Position numbers and translations under genes: made by a program. The notes beneath the pieces are model-generated. The model worked only from the letters and a program-made list of their open reading frames with translations, searched no databases and was not told where the DNA came from. Of a stretch of DNA of 64,000 bases, positions 56,479 to 64,000 are shown one piece after another. The DNA comes from the human T2T-CHM13v2.0 reference genome, Homo sapiens, in the NCBI RefSeq assembly GCF_009914755.1, contig NC_060925.1; one strand, given 5' to 3'. Every line of letters begins with the position of its first letter. Within the stretch, counting starts at the first letter, position 1.

Positions 56479-56909
56479 TGTAGTGTGATAGGTCACTCAC
56501 CAGGTTATTTAGGGGTGTATGTCTGCTGCTTGAACCCCAACAGCTGGGTGGTAAGCCAAGGCCTTGGTGCCCAGCTGAGGAGCAGATGTCCCTGAGAACC
56601 TAAACATCCCAGAGAGTATCTGAGAACACACCAAGAAAAACAGTCTCATTGCAAACACACAGCAGGCAAAGAGCCAGAAAACCAGCTTAAAAGCAGCTTA
56701 GATATGGGAGATGGCACAGATCTCTAGGGCTGTCTTGCTGCCACCCAGGAGTGCCCTGTATGTAAGTCCTAATAAACTCATTTACTCACCAAACTGGACT
56801 TGTCTAAGTCATTCTTTGGTCTTTCAACAGCTTCCCAGTTCTGGCAGGGGGGTGGGGTTGCGGGGGCGATACGGGACACATGTTACAGTTCCAGGTTTTG
56901 TTTGTAACA
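56479..56909 (+). mobile_element. ERVL-type solo LTR (LTR47-like), antisense to VTCN1
   Basis: TG..CA ends, flanks attac/attat, internal AATAAA; family from recalled consensus. Confidence 0.75.
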
Positions 56910-57845
56910 ATTATTAGGAGGCAGCATCCTGTGGCTTCAAAGGAGGCCTTTCCTGGTTGACCAGGAAATTGTGCAGTTCCTAGGAGGTGCTATATGAATG
57001 CGTTAATAATAGCAGATTTTTACTAAAAGCATTGATGGCATCAATATAAATAACAATGGCAGCTGTTTATCACACACAGGTGTGTGAGTGGACTCTCCTT
57101 TAATTCTCACAATGACCCTGCCTATTTTACCAATGAGGAAACATTTAAGTTGTATCCCAAAGGATATACAGTTAGTGTGAGCGCTGAGATTGGAATGGCT
57201 CTGATTCTGAGATTCTTCCATTATACAGAGCTGTTCAAAGTCAGAGGGTGCGTGATAGCGCAGGGACTGGGCTGGGTATGGTTAGGGGCCTTTCCATCAC
57301 GTCTCCTTCCTTCTCGAAGGCTTATCCACAAGGGTTGTCCTTTAACCAGGGGCTGATTGGAACCCCTCAACCTCTCTTTCAAATGGTCCACCGCAAATGC
57401 ATTTTATGTTTTCTGGGGTTTTTATTTAGAATTTGTAAGGAGGAGGATGGCTATGAGAAGGTGGCATATACAGCATCAGGAGAGTTACAAAGAAATAGAA
57501 TTTCTTTCTGTATTGGGGAAAAGTTTTATGTTTTCAAAAGCTGTGGTCTCAGGAATCATGCCTGCAAGGCAAACCATAAAACACCCTTCTCCACTACAAC
57601 TCTGTGTGAACGTTGTCATTGGTATGGGGTGATGGGTAGGAGTGTAGGTTCGGGAAACAAATTCCCAAGGCTTGAAATACAGCCATGCTCACTTGCTGAC
57701 TGTTGTGTGTCCTTCCACACATTTCTCATCTCATCATAGTAATAACATCTACCTCCTATTTGTTGTGTGTAGTAAGGCAAATCATGCATGCAAAGTTATT
57801 TAGTACAGTGAAGTGCATGAAGAAAGGATTCAAAAGATATCATCA

Positions 57846-58285
57846 TGATAAAGTTTAGATATTTGTCTTCACCCAAATCTCATGTTGAAATATAATCCCC
57901 AATTATATTATATTGGAGGAGGTGCCTGGTGGGAGGTGTGTGGGTCATTGGGGCAGATCCCTTATAAATGGCTTGGGTCATCCCCTTGGTGATAAGTGAG
58001 CTCTCAGGCCCTGAGTTCACATGAGATCTGGTCGTTTAAACTTATGTGGCACCTCCCCACCACTCTCTCTCCCTCTTGCTCCTGCTTTCGACATATGACA
58101 TGACTGTTTCCCCTCGCCGTCCATCATGACTGAAAGCTCCCTGAGGCTTCACCAGAAGCCAGGCAGATTCCAGCACCATGCTTCCTGTAAAGCCTGCAGA
58201 ATCGTGAGCCAATTAAACTTCTTTTCTTTATAAATTACCCAGTCTCAGGAATTTCTTTATAGCAGTGCAAGAACGGCCTAATACA
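57846..58285 (+). mobile_element. MSTA/MSTB solo LTR, antisense to VTCN1
   Basis: tgata..ttt...cccaaatctcatgttgaa...gcctgcagaa..gtgagccaattaaac...ctaataca; flanks catca/tatca. Confidence 0.88.
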
Positions 58286-58964
58286 TATCATCATCTGCTT
58301 AACGCTATTTGCTTAATTTCAATGTCTTATATATTAAACCAGCTAATATTTTATTGAATTCATTTAAAATGTGATAATACGATCTCTGATAAAGGTTATA
58401 GTCCTTTTAATAGAGGCAATTGAAAAAATCCAACTAAACAGTATTAAACTAACAAACTGCCCATTTTATCCAAATAACCAGCTGTCACCCTGTGAAATGG
58501 GAAGGAGGCAGAACACCTTTTTATTGGCAGTAGTAGAGTTTTAAATTTTTGATGGTACATTACTGGATTGAGCAGACTGTTACTTCCATCTATTCACACC
58601 TCCATGCATCCATCCAACTGTCCATTCAAAAAGCACTTACGGAGCACCCTGTGCATTCAAGGAGCTGAGTACAGTTCTTGAGGTGGCTGTCGCTATGCAA
58701 CAGGAAAAGATATAAGTAGCAAACCTCCTGACTAACACAGGGAAGTTATGATATTGTGAAAATTCTTGCTAGGAGAGTCAACACCACTAACAACCAAAAG
58801 ATAAACAACTCTCTTAAGAGTTCTGATGCAAAGCCAGTGAGCCTTAGGTCCAAGAAAGTTTAGTCATCAAGATTTAGAGTGACAAATAAATACTAGGGTT
58901 TTAGTTGAAGGTGATGTATAAGATCAGGAATAGGGTAAATTATAATTAACAGTTAAGCCTTAGT

Positions 58965-59180
58965 GGCCTGGCGCGGTGGCTCACACCTGTAATCCCAGCA
59001 CTTTGGAAGGCCGAGGCGGGTGGATCACAAGGTCAGGAGATCTAGACCATCCTGGCTACACATGGTGAAACCCTGTCCCTACTAAAAATACAAAAAAATT
59101 AGCCAGGTGTGGTGGTGCGCGCCTGTAATCCCAGCTACTCTGTCTCAAAAAAAAAAAAAAAGAAAGAAAAAGAAAAAAAG
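58965..59180 (+). mobile_element. Alu lacking most of its right arm
   Basis: TSD agttaagccttagt at 58951 and 59181; junction cccagctactc|tgtctc. Confidence 0.92.
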
Positions 59181-59304
59181 AGTTAAGCCTTAGTGAGGAA
59201 GGTACCAAAATGTACTTTAGCATTACTATCTTTAAAAGTTATTCCAAAATATTTGGTTTATCAGTCTATATTTTATTTCCTTATAAAGAATATATATGTA
59301 AATC

Positions 59305-59662
<358 letters not shown>

Positions 59663-59689
59663 TTATATATACATTTACAAATGTTTTTG

Positions 59690-61245
59690 TATGTCTGTAC
59701 TGAAGTATACAAACATAAAAATCCACACATCATAACTGTACAGCTTGAAGAATGATTATAACTTTATTCCATGTAACCATCATCACACCAAGAAATAGAA
59801 CCTTACTGCCCTCCCAGCAGTGCCCTCATGCCCCTCCTCACTGCTACCTGCTTACTTGTCCCCAAAGGTAATAAGAACCATTATTCTACCTTTGACCAGC
59901 AGAGATCCATTTGCCTGTTTTTGAACTTCATATGCATAGAATCATACAGAACTTACTCTTTTGTGCTCTTCTGTAGTTCCACATTATGTTTTGCATATGA
60001 AAATGTACTCAGTCTCTGTCACCAGGAAACAGAAATTAAAACCACAAAATTCCACAACACCCAGTATTGGTGAGGGTGTGGAGAGCTTGATCTCTCATGC
60101 ATTGCTGGTGAAGAGTAGATTGACTCATCACTTTGGAAAATTGAATGGCAGTATCTACTAAAAGCTATTTATTGGCCTTTTGGACATACTCCTTGTGAGC
60201 TGCTTTTTTAAGCACTCACACTCCTTGTGAGCTGCTTTATTTTGAGACAGTAGAAAAAGAATTGAAAGATGGCCAAGTAAAGCAGGAAGAGGAATATTAA
60301 TAAAGATAAAAGCCAAAATTAGTAAAATAGGAATACAGATCAGAGAAAATATAAATAAGCTAAAAGCTGGTTCTTTCAAAACTACTATAAAGCTAACAAT
60401 ACCTTATAAATCTATTTTAGTATATGAGAGAGAGAGAAAGAGAGAGCAGAAGAAAGAAAAAGAGAAAGAGAGAAGACTAGAGAGAAAGAAAGAGAGAAAA
60501 AAAACCGAAATTATGAACAGGAAAAGAAATAAATTAACATAGGAAATCAATATTAGAACGAAACAGGCTAGTGAATTCAGAAACAGATCAGAAACAGAAA
60601 CATAGGAAATCAATATTACAATGAAACAGGCTAGTGATTTCAGAAACTTGGTTGAGAGAAAACAACCAAGATTATGAACAGGAAAAGAAATAAATTAACA
60701 TAGGAAATTAGTATTAGAATGAAACAGGCTAGTGAATTCAGAAACAGATCCCCACACATTTGGATACGTGATTTACGACCATGACGGTACTGAAGGGAAG
60801 TGGGGGAAGGACAGTGTGTTCAGTAGTGGTGCTGGGTTTATTGGATACCATAAGGAAAAAATGAATCTTGACCCCTCTCTTGTACTACATATAAAATTAA
60901 CTTGAGATGGTTTGCAGATATAAATGTGAAAGACAAAACAATAAAGCTTCTACAAGATAATCTAGAAGAACATCTTCACGACCTTGGAATAGGCAAAGAT
61001 TTCTTAAACAGGTTACAAAAAGCTCCAAGTATAAAGAAAAGGATCAATAAAAATTAAAATTAAGAACTTCTGCTCATTGAAAAACATCATTAAGAGAGTA
61101 AAAAAGCAAAGTGTAGAGTAGAAGAGATTTGGTGATACCTGTAACTAGTTTGCATCCATGATAAAGAAGGAATTACCTACAAATCAAAAAGAGAAAGACA
61201 AATACCCCAATAGAAAAAAATGAATGGAAGATAAAATACACATGT
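59690..61245. mobile_element. Rearranged old L1M fragments in both orientations
   Basis: L1 ORF2-like A-rich text (ggcaaagatttcttaaacagg, aaaattaagaacttctgctca); boundaries approximate. Confidence 0.6.
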
Positions 61246-61249
61246 TATT

Positions 61250-61386
61250 TACTTTTTTTATTTTTAATGTAGAGACAGGGTCTCTTTTTGTTGCCCAGGT
61301 TGGTCTTGAACCCTGGCCTTAAGCAGTACTCCCACCTCAGCCTCCCATAGTGCTGGGATTATAGGCGTGAACCACCACAACTGGCC
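61250..61386 (-). mobile_element. Alu monomer (FLAM-like)
   Basis: gtagagacagggtctc...gtgctgggattataggcgtgaacc. Confidence 0.8.
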
Positions 61387-62101
61387 TAAAAAATATATGA
61401 TTGATGACAAAGAAAGTGGGGAAGGGATGAATGTCTTTTCTAGCAAACACAACTCTAGCAAGTTTTCTTAGCTTCGACTTTGTGACAGTATTGAGTGCCA
61501 GCATGTCTACACTGGAGAAGCATGGCAGAAAGGCCACTGGAATATAGAAAATAAAGTTACGGAGCTTTGGTCACAGACTGAGTTAAAATGAATGTGTTGG
61601 ACTGAGTCAGGTGGTTTATGAAAAAAAGAGCAGACAATTTGCCTCAGAGAAGAAAACTGCCAGCCTTAACTCATTCAGTGTCAAAATTAAAGCAGCATCC
61701 ATAAAAGATGCTTCAGAGCAGTGGCCTATGCAGAAGAGGAAAGTGAAGAGACTCTTCTGCAACTGACATTGGCTAGATACGTTCAGAAACTAACCATCTG
61801 TGCTACAGCGGTATCTGTTTCCTACATGGTACAGTAGTCATGACCAGTTGTCTCTTTACCTAAGACCCCTGTGTACAAAGACTTGATATTCTTTAACACT
61901 TCAGCTGAAGCTTCGTTGCAAAGAAATCATCTACCCAGGCCAACCGCTGACAGAATGGCTCAGAGGCAGCACTTCACCTATGATCCCAGAATGACATCTT
62001 CAGCACTGACTGATAGATAGACTACTGATAAACATCTCATTTGATTATCTCAACTAACTGGTGATGTTGACAGTATCTCCCCACTCAAAAATGAGGAAAC
62101 T

Positions 62102-62442
<341 letters not shown>

Positions 62443-62598
62443 CTAATGTAGAGAAAGCACAAGAAGTAGAAGAATGAATGCTATACTCTGAGGTTTTCTG
62501 GGTCAAAGCTCTGGGCTCTTTCCATGCTAACGCACTGAGTGATTAGGAGTTTAATGGTGAGGGGTGAATAGATTGTAGTAATGCAAGAAATCACATAC

Positions 62599-62663
62599 CT
62601 GAAATACCAAAGCCAATGATGAGTGCAATTGCTCCAGCCAGAATAATGATGATGCTAATTATG
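62599..62663 (-). CDS. VTCN1: VTCN1 exon 2 (hydrophobic leader, (S)IISIIIILAGAIALIIGFGIS(G))
   Basis: tctcttcccgtag|C...TCAG|gtatgt, 65 nt; with 32 coding nt from exon 1 (outside the window) the total is 849 nt = 282 aa, the B7-H4 length. Confidence 0.95.
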
Positions 62664-63330
62664 CTACGGGAAGAGAGAGAGAAACAGAAAATTAGTTCTC
62701 CATTCCTCTTGATGTGCTGCTTTGCAACTGGGGTACAAATCTGTTGTGGATAAGATGAGTTACATAAAGCATCTCAACTTTTTCTTCCACATAAGCTTGT
62801 TCCTAGAAACGGGTACCTTAGAAAGGAATTTCAGCAATTCCATCCCCATCCCCCTGGGGCTCTGGGATCAATGAAAAGAGTGACCCTTGCCTCTGACTGT
62901 GCCATTTACTGTCCTATTTCCAGATCAGGGAAGACCATATATGGAGACTGTTGGGGCAAGAATGATGAAAACATTTCTTTAATGCCAGGTGCCACTTGAG
63001 AAGGACTGGTCCTGTTCCCAGCCTTCCCTGAGCATCACTGTCCACTCTCTTGTGTCATTTGTCTCCCTGTCTTATCTCCTTCCATAGACTTTAAACTCCA
63101 TTAAGGACAATGGTCACATCTTCTTCACTTTGTACCCACTCACACCTCATCTACTGCACTCCGTAAGTCATCAGTGGGAGTCTGTTTTCTTTTATTAAAA
63201 AAACAAAAACAAAAACATATTTACTACAGAAAGTTTAGAAAATATAAACAAGCAAAAATGAGACAAATAAATCACCTGTAATCCCATCATCTAAATACAA
63301 CCACTGTGTTTTGATATAATCCTCACCAAT

Positions 63331-64000
63331 TATTTTTTATTTTATTTTACTTTAAGTTCTGGGATACATGTGCAGAACGTGCAGGTTCGTTACATAGGTA
63401 CACATGTGTCATGGTGGTTTGCTGCACCTATCAACCCGTCATCTAGGTTTTAAGACCTGCATGCATTATTTGTCCTAATGCCCTCCCTCCCCTTGCCCCC
63501 AGCCCCCCTGACAGGCCCCAGTGTGTGATGTTCCCCTTCCTGTATCCATGTGTTCTCATTGTTCAACTCCCATTTATGAGTGAGAACATGTGGTGTTTGG
63601 TTTTCTGTTCCTGTGTTAGTTTGCTGAGAATGATGGTTTCCAGCTTCATCCATGTTCCTGCAAAGGACATGAACTCATTCTTTTTTATGGCTGCATAGTA
63701 TTCTATGGTGTATACGTGCCACATTTTCTTTATCCAGCCTATCATTGATGGACATTTGGGTTGGTTCCAAGTCTTTGGTATTGTAAATAGTGCTGCAATA
63801 ACCACATGTGTGCATGTATCTCTATAGTAGAATGATTTATAATCCTTTGGGTATATACCCAGTAATGGGATTGCTGGGTCAAATGGTACTTCTGGTTCTA
63901 GATCCTTAAGGAATCACCACACTGTCTTCCACAATGGTTGAACTAATTTACACTCCTACCAACAGCGTAAAAGCGTTCCTATTTCTCCACAGCCTCGCCT
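63331..64000 (-). mobile_element. L1PA 3' end, running off the window; VTCN1 intron 1
   Basis: tactttaagttctgggatacatgtgcagaacgtgcagg; ORF2 C-terminus AALFTI.KTWNQPKCPS...EYYAAIK. Confidence 0.95.

Overview
Primate (very probably human, 1p13.1) genomic DNA. It holds the complete minus-strand TRIM45 gene: 6 coding exons reconstructed by hand, 1743 nt = 580 aa, RING-Bbox-Bbox-coiled-coil-filamin plus a Cys/His tail, with a CpG-island promoter at about 13.8-15.0 kb. A ~21 kb repeat-rich intergenic segment follows, with a strong CTCF-type motif, a long (TTC)n tract, an RPS15A processed pseudogene inside an MLT1B LTR and an unexplained 157-bp direct duplication. The rest is exons 2-6 of minus-strand VTCN1 (B7-H4); exon 1 lies beyond the right edge. 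VTCN1 introns carry a full-length THE1A and an LTR12 in the sense orientation, plus antisense LTR47-like and MST solo LTRs. No new biological system is proven here. The best leads are possible intronic-polyadenylation (soluble) B7-H4 isoforms, sense LTR promoters inside VTCN1, a steroid-response palindrome near exon 5, an inverted-Alu-flanked TRIM45 exon 2-3 circle with a stop-free frame, TRIM45 uORFs and a 5'UTR G-quadruplex, and a possible unannotated zinc-binding C-terminal module in TRIM45. Repeat subfamily names come from recalled consensus sequences and were not checked by a search; boundaries without target-site duplications (TSDs) are approximate.
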